A DNA stretch of 64,000 bases from Dehalococcoidia bacterium (lineage in GTDB: Bacteria > Chloroflexota > Dehalococcoidia > Lucifugimonadales > UBA3495): assembly GCA_965237745.1 (NCBI GenBank), contig OZ250156.1, positions 95,596 through 159,595 of the forward strand, written 5' to 3'. Made by a program: the position numbers and the translations under genes. The notes beneath the pieces are model-generated. The model had not been told where the DNA came from. It saw only the letters and a program-made list of their open reading frames with translations, and made no database searches. This document shows, one piece after another, positions 42,842-52,189 of this stretch; within the stretch, counting starts at the first letter, position 1; every line of letters starts with the position of its first letter.

Positions 42842-43966
42842 ATGTCCGACATAGAAGTAATCGGCATGATTGGTGTGAACCGCGAGCGGGACTCATCTCG
42901 CGGCGTTACGGTCAGTCTATTCGGCGGAGGCATCAACCCCGCCGACGAGATCCCGTCGGGCATTGACCCGGAATACATCACCGAGTTCTCCCAAACCCAC
43001 GAGGAGAGCGGCTTCGACAAGGTGTTGATCGGTTACTCCTCGGCCACCGCCGACGGGTTCGCCGTGGCTGGCTACGCTGCAACGCGCACCGAGAGACTGG
43101 GCTACCTCATTGCCCACCGCGCCGGGTTCATGGCCCCGACGCTGGCCGCGCGACACGCCGCCACCCTCGACCAACTCAGCGGCGGACGCATCGCCCTGCA
43201 CGTCATATCCGGGGGCAGCGACGAGGAGCAGCGCCGCGACGGCGACTGGCTGGACCACGACTCCCGCTACCGGCGCACCGGCGAGTGGATGGACATCGTG
43301 CGCCGCATGTGGACCGAGTACGCTCCCTTCGACTACGAGGGCGAGTTCTATCACTTGGAGCAGGCCCACAGCCAAGTGAGAACCAAGCAGCGCCCTCACG
43401 TTCCGCTCTACTTCGGCGGCGCGTCCGAGGCGGCCATGGAGGTCGGGGCAAGGCACGCTGACATATACGCGCTGTGGGGCGAGCCGATTGCCGCCATCAA
43501 GGAGCAGATCGCAGAGATACGCTCCCGCGCCTCCCGGTACGGGAGAGACATACGCTTCAGCCTGTCGGTGCGTCCCATCCTGGGCGACACGGAGGGAGAA
43601 GCTTGGGAGCGCGCCAAGGGCATCCTTGAGCGGGTGCGCGGGTCCGTGGGCGACTCGGTCGGAGCAAACCGCCCGGCGCGGCTGCAGTCGGTGGGCTCTC
43701 GGAGGCTGCTCGACTTTGCGGCGCAGGGCGAGCTTCACGACCAGCGCCTCTGGATGCCCATCGCAGCCGCCACCGGTGCGGCGGGCAGCACCACAGCCCT
43801 GGTCGGCACCGCCGAGCAGGTGGCCGAGTCACTGCTGGCCTACTACGACGCCGGCTGCACCACCGTGTTGATTCGCGGCTTCGACCCGCTGCAAGACACC
43901 GTGGACTACGGCAGGGAACTGATCCCCACCCTGCGGGCCGAAGCCGCTGCTCGTTCATACTGCTAA
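42842..43966 (+). CDS. LLM-class flavin-dependent oxidoreductase (luciferase-like monooxygenase)
   Basis: 374 aa starting MSDIEVIGMIG. TIM-barrel LLM pattern (LDQLSGGRIALHVISG, YFGGASEAA). Confidence 0.7.
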   Translation: MSDIEVIGMIGVNRERDSSRGVTVSLFGGGINPADEIPSGIDPEYITEFSQTHEESGFDKVLIGYSSATADGFAVAGYAATRTERLGYLIAHRAGFMAPTLAARHAATLDQLSGGRIALHVISGGSDEEQRRDGDWLDHDSRYRRTGEWMDIVRRMWTEYAPFDYEGEFYHLEQAHSQVRTKQRPHVPLYFGGASEAAMEVGARHADIYALWGEPIAAIKEQIAEIRSRASRYGRDIRFSLSVRPILGDTEGEAWERAKGILERVRGSVGDSVGANRPARLQSVGSRRLLDFAAQGELHDQRLWMPIAAATGAAGSTTALVGTAEQVAESLLAYYDAGCTTVLIRGFDPLQDTVDYGRELIPTLRAEAAARSYC

Positions 43967-43985
43967 TCCTCAGCTTGTCTCAGGA

Positions 43986-45179
43986 CTAGCCCCTTGGTGC
44001 AGCGCCTTCCATCTGCACTGCACACTCTATGGCCGCTCCGAACAGACTCATGAAGGCTCCTTCGTCGCCTGATCCCAGAATAGCGGCCATGCCCTCTGGC
44101 CCTCCGAGTCTTTCCATTACGCACTGCGAGGTTTCCTGGTCTCCAGCTGAGTCGGCCTCCATTTGCATCCCCCCGCATTCCATAGCTGCGCCGAATATTG
44201 CCAAGATGCCGCTCTCGTCACCGGGTTGCAGCGATGTAGCCATACCTTCAGGACCGCCCAGCGCTTCCATAACGCACTGCGAGATCTCCATCCCGCCAGG
44301 GGCCATCCCTGTGTCTGGCACGATGGCCTCCATTTCCTCTTCGTTCAAGCAGGAAAACGTCGGGTTTAGGACGGTCATACTGCCAACCATAGCGGTTTCT
44401 TCGTCGCCCCCTATGCCCGCCAGCATTATCGAACGCAGGTCAACCCCTTCCATTGCAGTGCGTATGCACATCGAGGTCTCTTCACTCAACTGTCCGTAGT
44501 CGGCAATGAAACCCGTGAGGAATAAGCGCAAGACCGTTTCGTCCTCCATACAGCCTATCAGTTGAGTTTGCTCTTCAGGGGACGCCAGGTCAGGCGACGC
44601 GAACAGTTGCAATAATCGGCCCGTTTCTGCGGTCCCCGCCAGGCAGGTCAACTCCGACTCCGTAAGTTCGGACGCAATCTCCACTGGGTCGTCCAGCAGT
44701 AGGGGAGCGATTCCGCCTGATCCGGGTTCGTTTTCAGTCTCCGGCATGGCAGTAGGCTCGGCGGTCGCCGTAGGTTCGGGCATCGCCGTAGGCTCAGGCA
44801 TGGCCGTGGGTTCGGGCATTGCTGTGGGTTCTGGAACAGCCGTAGGTTCTGCCATCGCCGTGGGTGCCGCCGTAGGTTCTGCCATCGCCGTGGGTGCCGC
44901 CGTAGGTTCAGGCATCGCCGTGGCTGCCGCCGCTGGTTCAGGCATCGCCGTGGCTGCCGCCGTAGGTTCAGGCATCGCCGTGGCTGCCGCCGCTGGTTCA
45001 GGTATCGCCGTGGCTGCCGCCGTAGGTTCAGGCATCGCCGTGGCTGCCGCCGCTGGTTCTGCCATCGCGGCGGGTGCCTCCGTGGCATCCTCACCACCGC
45101 ACGCCAGCAGCGCAACCAGCGCAACCAAGGCCACAAAATAAAGAACTTTTAACATTTCTTGCTTTCTATCCTTGCTCAT
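43986..45179 (-). CDS. lipoprotein with Ala/Pro/Thr-rich tandem repeats and a duplicated Cys-containing C-terminal module
   Basis: Lipobox LVALLAC-GG, then EP(A/T)AAATAMP and EPTAMP repeats. Two copies of SQCVME.LGGPEGMA...FGAA.EC follow. Confidence 0.6.
   Translation of the reverse strand: MSKDRKQEMLKVLYFVALVALVALLACGGEDATEAPAAMAEPAAAATAMPEPTAAATAIPEPAAAATAMPEPTAAATAMPEPAAAATAMPEPTAAPTAMAEPTAAPTAMAEPTAVPEPTAMPEPTAMPEPTAMPEPTATAEPTAMPETENEPGSGGIAPLLLDDPVEIASELTESELTCLAGTAETGRLLQLFASPDLASPEEQTQLIGCMEDETVLRLFLTGFIADYGQLSEETSMCIRTAMEGVDLRSIMLAGIGGDEETAMVGSMTVLNPTFSCLNEEEMEAIVPDTGMAPGGMEISQCVMEALGGPEGMATSLQPGDESGILAIFGAAMECGGMQMEADSAGDQETSQCVMERLGGPEGMAAILGSGDEGAFMSLFGAAIECAVQMEGAAPRG
44746..45075. 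repeat. in-frame 18-bp and 30-bp coding tandem repeats
   Basis: About five GGCATCGCCGTAGGCTCA-type units, then about nine units such as GGCATCGCCGTGGCTGCCGCCGCTGGTTCA. Confidence 0.85.
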
Positions 45180-45306
45180 GAATTTGCGTCTGACTTCCAT
45201 CGTACAGGGAAGATTTCAGACCTTACATACTGACGGGCTCGAAAATACGCGTATTTTCGAACACTCGGAGCCGATAGCCAGCCCGAGGGCCAAGCGACAG
45301 CCGCAA

Positions 45307-46209
45307 TTACAATCCCCGCCAAGCGAACAACTGGCTGATCAGGGCGAAGAAACGACTTGCGTCCACGCCGTCTGCCAGCGAGACAGGGCCTGGCTCACCC
45401 ACGATCGGTGTCTCGCCCCAGTGGTCGCCCGGCTCGGTGACAACGGTGAGGGCAACCTGCCGCATCGTCGCCACTCCGGGGTCCAAGGCCAGGGCCACGG
45501 CCAGAGGGTCGTAGAACTCGAATCGTTCCCGCCGTTCGTCGCGCCTGAACCATCCCTGCAGGACCTGCAGGGCCAGTATTCCGACCGGTGAATCGGTCGA
45601 TAGCCCAAACGCCAGGTCTCTGCTGATTCCCACCTGTCGGCACGATGCCAGGTCCGCCAGGCTAACGGGAACTCCCAAGCCAAGAATGTGCCCCGCCGCC
45701 AAGGGATCGCTGTGGAAATTGAACTCGGCCCAAGGAGTGACGTTCCCGCGAGTCTCCACCGCGCCGCCCATTATGACCACACTCGCTGATTGGGAAAGAG
45801 TTCCGGGATGCCGGTCCTCCAGACGCGACAGGTTGGTCAGCGGGCCGAGGGCAATCACGGTTACGCCGTTCGGATCAGACGTGATTTTTTCGTACAGAAA
45901 CTCTGGGGCTGTCTCTCTCACAGGCGTCTGAGACGATTCGGGCAACCGTACCGACAGCCCTCCCGGGCCGTGAAAGGCCACCGACGGTCTGTAACGTCCT
46001 GTTCGGGGCCGCGCCGCGCCCCGCGCCACCGGTATGTCCCGGCGTCCGGCGGCCTCCAGCAACGCCAGCGCGTTGCGGGTGGCGCGCGCCCTTGGCACGT
46101 TTCCGCCCAGGGTGGTCAACCCCACAACTTCAACCCCGGGCGCAGCCAGCGCCATCAGGATTGCGATCGCGTCGTCCACTCCCGGATCTGTGTCAATTAT
46201 GAGGCGCAA
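45307..46209 (-). CDS. nucleoside hydrolase (IUNH family)
   Basis: MRLIIDTDPGVDDAIAILMAL (DxDxxxDD motif), 300 aa. Confidence 0.8.
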   Translation of the reverse strand: MRLIIDTDPGVDDAIAILMALAAPGVEVVGLTTLGGNVPRARATRNALALLEAAGRRDIPVARGAARPRTGRYRPSVAFHGPGGLSVRLPESSQTPVRETAPEFLYEKITSDPNGVTVIALGPLTNLSRLEDRHPGTLSQSASVVIMGGAVETRGNVTPWAEFNFHSDPLAAGHILGLGVPVSLADLASCRQVGISRDLAFGLSTDSPVGILALQVLQGWFRRDERRERFEFYDPLAVALALDPGVATMRQVALTVVTEPGDHWGETPIVGEPGPVSLADGVDASRFFALISQLFAWRGL

Positions 46210-46271
46210 TGGAGGTCATGAAGAGAAGCCCGCTTCGAGTTTCCACGTATTGGGTCAACGCAGGTGCGCAT

Positions 46272-47252
46272 TCAGCGGATCGCGGACAACTTGGGAAGGT
46301 GCCCTTGGAATTCGTCGTTATAGTTGACCAAGGATGCCACGGCCTCCAAGGCGGTACGGCGATACCGATAGCCAGTCGCCTGATGCAACCTTGCCGTACT
46401 CATTACCACAGGCCAGCGGTCCAGGTAGTGGCTGTAGGCCACGAACGCGCCTCCGGTCAGCCGCCTCATCGGATATACGATGCCCGCTGGCAACTGGATT
46501 CGGCGCGTTGACAGCGCCTCGGCCAGCTCTCTCAGGAAAACAACTCCACTCGCGGCGACGTTGAAAACACCGGGCAGTTCTTCTTCAATCGCCAAGCACA
46601 GAATCCGCGCCAAGTCATCATCGCTGACGAATTGCAGTGGCGGGTTGTGGTCCGAAAGCCCCAGCCAGCCCGGAAAGTACAGCTCGCGCAACAGTCCCAT
46701 CGATGTCTTTGTTCCCAAGGCGGGACAGCAACGGAAAATGGTCACTTTGATCTGTGGGAAATTCTCGGCCAGCTCTAGCAGAGCCTGTTCGGCGCTGTGG
46801 TTATCCTGTGCGTAAGGGAACCCCAGGGCCGGGTTTGGAGGCCGGTCTTCCCCAATCGGCATCGGGTTGTTGGCTCGGCCGCCGTATACGGCATGGGAAC
46901 TCACATAAATAAGATGCTCGACACCGGCCGCAAGGCACGACTCGATTACGTTCTCAACCATCTCCCGGTTTCGTTCGCTCATGGCTGCCGCGTTCGGACG
47001 CCTCAAGCGGCTCTCCCAGCCGAACGCCAGATGCACCAGCGAAGTGACCCGGTGCTTGATCAGCTCCTCGTGTATGGGCTTGGAAACGTCCTTGCGATAG
47101 GCAGCGATGTTGTGGACCGGTGCGCGCAGTGCCCGAAGGTCAAAGGCGACCAGCTTGCCCAAGTGAGGAATCTCCTCAAGATGCTCCAGGAGCTTGGCGC
47201 CAAGATGCCCCGACGAGCCGGTTATCGCCACCACTTTTTGCCGCGACGTCAT
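46272..47252 (-). CDS. NAD-dependent epimerase/dehydratase family protein
   Basis: VVAITGSSGHLGAKLLEHL Rossmann motif, 326 aa. Confidence 0.65.
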   Translation of the reverse strand: MTSRQKVVAITGSSGHLGAKLLEHLEEIPHLGKLVAFDLRALRAPVHNIAAYRKDVSKPIHEELIKHRVTSLVHLAFGWESRLRRPNAAAMSERNREMVENVIESCLAAGVEHLIYVSSHAVYGGRANNPMPIGEDRPPNPALGFPYAQDNHSAEQALLELAENFPQIKVTIFRCCPALGTKTSMGLLRELYFPGWLGLSDHNPPLQFVSDDDLARILCLAIEEELPGVFNVAASGVVFLRELAEALSTRRIQLPAGIVYPMRRLTGGAFVAYSHYLDRWPVVMSTARLHQATGYRYRRTALEAVASLVNYNDEFQGHLPKLSAIR

Positions 47253-47345
47253 GAGGTAATTCTAGCAGTTTCTGCATGGCAGGGAGGGAATGAGCCGGGG
47301 GTGATACAGAACAATTGCAGAGTCATTCAAGCACCCAAGCCGTTG

Positions 47346-47412
47346 GTCTTGAGCTTGTCGATGAATGGGCCGGGAGAATCCGTTCGTGGTTTGACAGGCT
47401 CATCACCAGCGG
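47346..47412. repeat. dispersed palindromic repeat, copy 2
   Basis: GTCTTGAGCTTGTCGATGAAT ... TTTGACAGGCTCATCACCAGCGG. Confidence 0.6.
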
Positions 47413-47490
47413 TCTCTCAGGGACTTTGATCGTCTTGGCGGATCAAAGGCTCTTTGGCTTCTTTCGTCGCAAGGCGCGCCTGCGCCACAG

Positions 47491-48375
47491 TCACCGGAGT
47501 CCAGGCAGCGAGAGCGTGCTGGCCAGCCAAGAGCGTGCGGTGATCCGGGCCTTTTCGCCCGTGGTCAATGCTATACGGGTCTCCCCCAGCACGTCGTAGC
47601 CAGAGGCCTCGATGCGGTCCAGAACTCGCGAGTAGATGGCTCCGAGCACCGCCGGGCAGGCCCTGCTGCGCCGCGATAGGTACGGCAACAGCCGGAAGCC
47701 GCTGCGGAAATACTCCCGGGCCCGCTGGCCCTGAAAGCTCAGCAACTCGACGAACGCCTCGTTGCGTATCCCGTCGCCGAGCTGTTGCTCGGTGTAACCG
47801 AAGCGGGACATTTCGTCCTGGGGCAGGTAGACCCGGCCCATGCTCCAGTCCTCCCGAACGTCCCGCATGATGTTTGTCAGCTGCATGGCCAAGCCGAGGT
47901 CCACCGCGTACTCCCGCGCGGCCTCATCCCGGTACTGGAAGATTTGGAGGCAAACCAAGCCCACCACCGAGGCGACCCGGTAGCAGTACTGCCGGAGTTC
48001 ATCAAAGTCCCGGTAGCGCGTTTTGACCAGATCGCTTTCAACCCCCAGGATTATCTCTTGGAAATAGTCTTGGGGAATTGAGTAGCGGTCAGCCGTGTCT
48101 GCGAGGGCCAGGAACATAGGCGTGGGAGCGCGGTCCTGGTAGGCCAGCTCAAGACCGGTCTGAAGCCCCGCGAGGGCCGACAGCTTGTTCTCTGCCGACG
48201 CCGCCTCATCCACCGAGTCGTCGCAGTGGCGGCAGAAAGCATAGGCGGCGCAAATGGCCTTCCGCTTTTCCAGCGGCAGGGTCACGATCGCATAATAGAA
48301 GTTCTTTGCCTCTCGCCGCGTCAGCTTCTGGCAAACGGCGTAGGCCAGCTCCAGTTCCGTATTCGATGCCGCCAT
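47491..48375 (-). CDS. squalene/phytoene synthase family protein (HpnC/HpnD/Sqs-like)
   Basis: Asp-rich motifs FCRHCDDSVDE and NIMRDVREDW. The ATG at 48375 (MAASNTELELAY) was chosen. Confidence 0.75.
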   Translation of the reverse strand: MAASNTELELAYAVCQKLTRREAKNFYYAIVTLPLEKRKAICAAYAFCRHCDDSVDEAASAENKLSALAGLQTGLELAYQDRAPTPMFLALADTADRYSIPQDYFQEIILGVESDLVKTRYRDFDELRQYCYRVASVVGLVCLQIFQYRDEAAREYAVDLGLAMQLTNIMRDVREDWSMGRVYLPQDEMSRFGYTEQQLGDGIRNEAFVELLSFQGQRAREYFRSGFRLLPYLSRRSRACPAVLGAIYSRVLDRIEASGYDVLGETRIALTTGEKARITARSWLASTLSLPGLR

Positions 48376-48444
48376 AACCACCGGGCTTTCAGAGTGCAGC
48401 GCGGTGCGAATCCACACCCGCGCTCAGTTTTTCGGATCAGGAGT

Positions 48445-48888
48445 CTATTCGCCGACCACCTGCACCATCACCTCCCGGTTGCGGGGGTGGTCAAGCTCAA
48501 TGAAGAATATGCTCTGGTACGTACCGAACTGCATCTCGCCGTTGAGTATCGGCACGGTCTCGCTGGTGCCCAGCAGAAGGTGCTGCAGATGGGCATGGCC
48601 GTTGGGCGATTCGTCGGGCGTCATATTGACCGTGCGAATCTCGAAATCGTTGTGCCGGTATGGCGCATGCCGGGGAGCTACGCCCTCCAGAAAGACCGCC
48701 ATGTCTTCCAGCAGCAACGGCTCGTTCTCGTTGATCTTCACCGCCGCGGTGGTGTGCTTGGAATAGATGACGGCAAAACCGTTGTTAATCTGGGACTCCG
48801 CCACGCAGCCGGACACCCAGTCGGTGATGTCGATGAACTCCGGGGCCTCTTTTGTTTTGACGCTGAGACAGAAAGACTTGGTAAGCAT
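48445..48888 (-). CDS. yjbQ: YjbQ family (UPF0047) secondary thiamine-phosphate synthase-like protein
   Basis: 147 aa. FIDITDWV...HTTAAVKINENE...GHAHLQHLLLG is typical of YjbQ. Confidence 0.7.
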   Translation of the reverse strand: MLTKSFCLSVKTKEAPEFIDITDWVSGCVAESQINNGFAVIYSKHTTAAVKINENEPLLLEDMAVFLEGVAPRHAPYRHNDFEIRTVNMTPDESPNGHAHLQHLLLGTSETVPILNGEMQFGTYQSIFFIELDHPRNREVMVQVVGE

Positions 48889-48900
48889 GCTTCGCTTCCT

Positions 48901-50985
48901 TTAAGCTCGCCTATGGCTTGCGGTTTGTGGGGAGGTCGCGCCCTCAAGGCGGCGTTGTTCCCCCGGATTGGATTTGTCTATGGCCCGGGCGAAGCGTCCC
49001 AGCGCCAGCAGGGGCCAGTAGTTCCTGTAAAGGTGGTAGTTGATCATGAATCCAGCCGACATCTCCAGGCCCTGGTAGCCGACTTCGCCAGCCTTGGGCA
49101 TGCCGTCCTGACGCCGCCCAATTCCGTATCCTGGAAATCCTGTGCCAGTGAAATAGGGTTCGTCCCAACTACCGTCGGACTGTTGTATATCAAGCAGGTA
49201 TTGGACTCCCCTCTGGCAGGCTTCCGAGCCGGACTCGCCGGCGGCAATCAGGGCGAGGAGCGCCCAAGCAGTCTGCGAAGCGGTGGACGGGCCTACACCC
49301 CGCAGGGAATCGTCCACGTAGGACCCGCAGCACTCGCCCCAGCCGCCGTCTTCGTTCTGGTGCGCCAGCAGCCAGTCCACCGCTCGGCGAACGTGGGGTT
49401 GGCTCATATCCTCGCCGATGGCTTCCATCGCGGGCAGCGCCGCCCCGGCGCCGTAGATGTAGTTGACCCCCCAGCGGCCAAACCAAGGGCCGTCGGCCTC
49501 CTGCTCCTGCCGCAGGTAGTTGTAGCCTCGCTGCACCGGACTATGCGACTGCGAGTAGCCCAAGCGCCCATACATCTCCACTATGTGGGCGGTCACATCG
49601 GCGCTGGGCGGGTCCAGCGTTTCCCCGAAGTCGGAGAATGGTATTTTGGCCACGTACTGTCGGTCGTTGTCCTTGTCGAAGGCGGCCCAGCCCCCGCTTC
49701 TCGACTGCATACCTTCAATCCACTCCACGCCGCGGCGGATGGCCTCGAGCCGCTTGGTTTCCTCCTCTCCCTCCATCCTTGCCAGCGCGAGGGCGATGAT
49801 GACCTCCGAGGAATCATCGATATCAGGGTACTTGTCGTTGTGAAACTCGAAGGCCCAGCCGCCTGGAGGGGTCCCCTTGGCCCGCACCGACCAGTCGCCC
49901 TCGGAAAGGATCTGGTTGTCCACCAGCCAGCGGGTCGAACCCTGCACCATCGGATCGTCCGGCGCGAGACCGGATTCCAGTAACGCCACCTGCGCCAGGC
50001 AGGTGTCCCACACCGGCGAGATGCAGGCCTGGACCGTGCAGGTGTCCTCGTCCTCAATCGCAAAGGAATCGAAACCGTCGAATCCCTTGTTCAGTGCATC
50101 GGCGAATTCATCGCCCCCAGCGTGGTGCAGAGCGATCAGCGAATATACCCACGGCGGCTGTATCCCACCCCAGGCGCCGTCCGCCTCCTGGTGGTCCAGA
50201 ATCCACTGTAGCGCTCGCCTGCGGGCGAATCCCCTCAGAGGCTGCATCGGTACCTTGCGGTACAGGTTCATCAGGCGGTCGAGGGTAAACAGCCCTCGAG
50301 AGATCCAGTCGTCGGGCACAGACAGCGAGAAGTCCGTAGCCTCCCGTCCGTCCGGATGCAGCTCGTCAATCTTGGCCGAGTCGGGTATCTCGCAATAGGG
50401 CCGCTCGGTTAGGATGATGCTCATCGGCACGATGGTGGCACGGGCCCAACTGGAAAACTCGTAAATGTTGAAGGGCGCCCACGAAGGCAGCAGGATCAGC
50501 TCCGGCGGCAGGTTGGGCGTTCCTCTCCATTCCCACTGGCCGAACAGGGCCAGCCAGATCTTCGTGAACACCCGCGTTTTGGGAACGCCGCCCTTGCCGA
50601 GGATGAATTCCCGCGCTCGGAGCAACTCCGGCGAGTCCGCGGAATGGCCCGCCAGCTTCAGGGCGAAGTAGCACTCGACGCTGGTGCTGATGTCGCCGGG
50701 AGCCTCGTAATACTGCCCCCACGAGCCATCGGCCTGTTGCTTGGTCAGGATGTAGTTGGCCACCTTTCGCCAGCGTTCGGGGTTCTTCTTTCCCAAGAAG
50801 TGGCTGAGCATCAGATATTCGGCTTCCATGGTCGGGTTCGATTCCAACTCACCCCACCAGTATCCGTCCCGGTGCTGGGCGCCCCGGAAATATTTATGAG
50901 AGTGGCTGATAGCCCCCTTGACCCTTTCCACCAACCCGGCTGGCTTGAACAGCCCGTCCAGCGGCGAATTCGCAGGCTCTGCCAT
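48901..50985 (-). CDS. shc: squalene-hopene cyclase
   Basis: Repeated QW motifs (DGSWG, DGAWGG, SGGWAAF, DGGWGE) and the catalytic DIDD motif (YPDIDDSSEV). The start ATG overlaps the hpnA stop (TGATG). Confidence 0.9.
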   Translation of the reverse strand: MAEPANSPLDGLFKPAGLVERVKGAISHSHKYFRGAQHRDGYWWGELESNPTMEAEYLMLSHFLGKKNPERWRKVANYILTKQQADGSWGQYYEAPGDISTSVECYFALKLAGHSADSPELLRAREFILGKGGVPKTRVFTKIWLALFGQWEWRGTPNLPPELILLPSWAPFNIYEFSSWARATIVPMSIILTERPYCEIPDSAKIDELHPDGREATDFSLSVPDDWISRGLFTLDRLMNLYRKVPMQPLRGFARRRALQWILDHQEADGAWGGIQPPWVYSLIALHHAGGDEFADALNKGFDGFDSFAIEDEDTCTVQACISPVWDTCLAQVALLESGLAPDDPMVQGSTRWLVDNQILSEGDWSVRAKGTPPGGWAFEFHNDKYPDIDDSSEVIIALALARMEGEEETKRLEAIRRGVEWIEGMQSRSGGWAAFDKDNDRQYVAKIPFSDFGETLDPPSADVTAHIVEMYGRLGYSQSHSPVQRGYNYLRQEQEADGPWFGRWGVNYIYGAGAALPAMEAIGEDMSQPHVRRAVDWLLAHQNEDGGWGECCGSYVDDSLRGVGPSTASQTAWALLALIAAGESGSEACQRGVQYLLDIQQSDGSWDEPYFTGTGFPGYGIGRRQDGMPKAGEVGYQGLEMSAGFMINYHLYRNYWPLLALGRFARAIDKSNPGEQRRLEGATSPQTASHRRA

Positions 50986-51998
50986 CAACATCTCGCCCCA
51001 TCCTTGCCGTGATCCGTGTAACCGTGAGCGGTGAACCATTCAGCCGCTCGCTCCAGAGCCTCCTCCACCGGGCTCTGTGGCATTCCCAGCTCGGTAACCG
51101 CCCGCTGGCTACTCACCCATGCGGGCTTTTTCGACGCCAGCACTCCCTCCACGGGGATGCGCGGCTCCTTCCGCAGCAGTCCCGCAGATACGGCCTGCTC
51201 GGCGTAACCGGCGCCCACCACCAGCCAGTAGGGCAATCGCACCCTTGGCGCGGGCAGTCCGGTTATCCGGCTGAGCATTCCAAACATTTCTTTCAGCGTC
51301 ACGTTCTGGTTGCCCAGAATGTACCTTTGTCCCACTTGGCCCCGCTCCAGGGCCAGAATGTGCCCTGCGCTGACATCGGCCACGTCCACCAAGTTAAGCC
51401 CGGTGGCCAAGTAAGCCGGAATCCGCCGCCGCAGGAAATCCAACACTATCTTGCCCGTCGGCGTTGGCTTCACGTCCCACGGCCCCACCGGAGCCGTCGG
51501 GTTTACCACCACCACCGGCGCGCCCTCGGCGGCCAGCCGCAGCGCCTCCCGCTCGGCCTCGAACTTTGACTGCTTGTAATGCCCGTGAAGCTTGTGCGGC
51601 GATAAAGGAGTCGTCTCGTCGCCCAGCTCCCCGTCTTTGGGCATCCCGATGGTCGAGACCGTGCTGGTATACACGATGCGTCCCACTCCAGCGGCTGCGG
51701 CGCTTTCCAACACGTTGACCGTGCCCTCCACGTTGGCCCGCCGCACACCCTGCGGATCCTTGGACCAGAAGGTGTACGCGGCGGCGCAGTGAAAAACCGC
51801 CTCGCAGCCGGTCATTGCCCGGCGCAGCGACTCCCGGTCCAGGATGTCGCCCTCGACCCGCAGAATACTGGTGCCTTCCATTGTTAAAGTGTTGCTGCCG
51901 GGACGGGCCAAGGCCCGCACTTCGTAGCCGCGAGCACAGAGCTCACGAGCCAAGTTTCCGCCGATAAACCCCGTGGCCCCGGTTACCAGGACTCTCAT
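50985..51998 (-). CDS. hpnA: hopanoid-associated sugar epimerase HpnA-like (NAD-dependent epimerase)
   Basis: MRVLVTGATGFIGGNLAREL, 337 aa, translationally coupled to shc. Confidence 0.65.
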   Translation of the reverse strand: MRVLVTGATGFIGGNLARELCARGYEVRALARPGSNTLTMEGTSILRVEGDILDRESLRRAMTGCEAVFHCAAAYTFWSKDPQGVRRANVEGTVNVLESAAAAGVGRIVYTSTVSTIGMPKDGELGDETTPLSPHKLHGHYKQSKFEAEREALRLAAEGAPVVVVNPTAPVGPWDVKPTPTGKIVLDFLRRRIPAYLATGLNLVDVADVSAGHILALERGQVGQRYILGNQNVTLKEMFGMLSRITGLPAPRVRLPYWLVVGAGYAEQAVSAGLLRKEPRIPVEGVLASKKPAWVSSQRAVTELGMPQSPVEEALERAAEWFTAHGYTDHGKDGARC

Positions 51999-52036
51999 CT
52001 CCGCCCGTTCCGCTCCGCCTCAATTTCCAAGAGGTC

Positions 52037-52189
52037 CTAGTATTACAACGACAGTTGGTTCCGAGAGGTAGCTGATGTGCGGATTTTGAGGCTGGCACTA
52101 CGCGGGCGCGAGCCTCTGACAAGAAAGGCCTCATAGCTGGAAGACTAACCCCCGGCCCGGGTTTACTCAATATGTCGTTGTAATACTAG
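52037..52189. mobile_element. MITE-like 153-bp element with 17-bp perfect terminal inverted repeats
   Basis: CTAGTATTACAACGACA (52037-52053) and TGTCGTTGTAATACTAG (52173-52189) flank 119 bp with an internal GAGGCT...AGCCTC hairpin. The right repeat contains the hpnG stop codon. Confidence 0.55.

Noticed and set aside
44746-45075. Regular 30-bp periodic repeats that could be mistaken for a CRISPR array
   Set aside because: There are no unique spacers. The repeats are contiguous, in frame and translate into a Pro/Ala/Thr linker of a lipoprotein.
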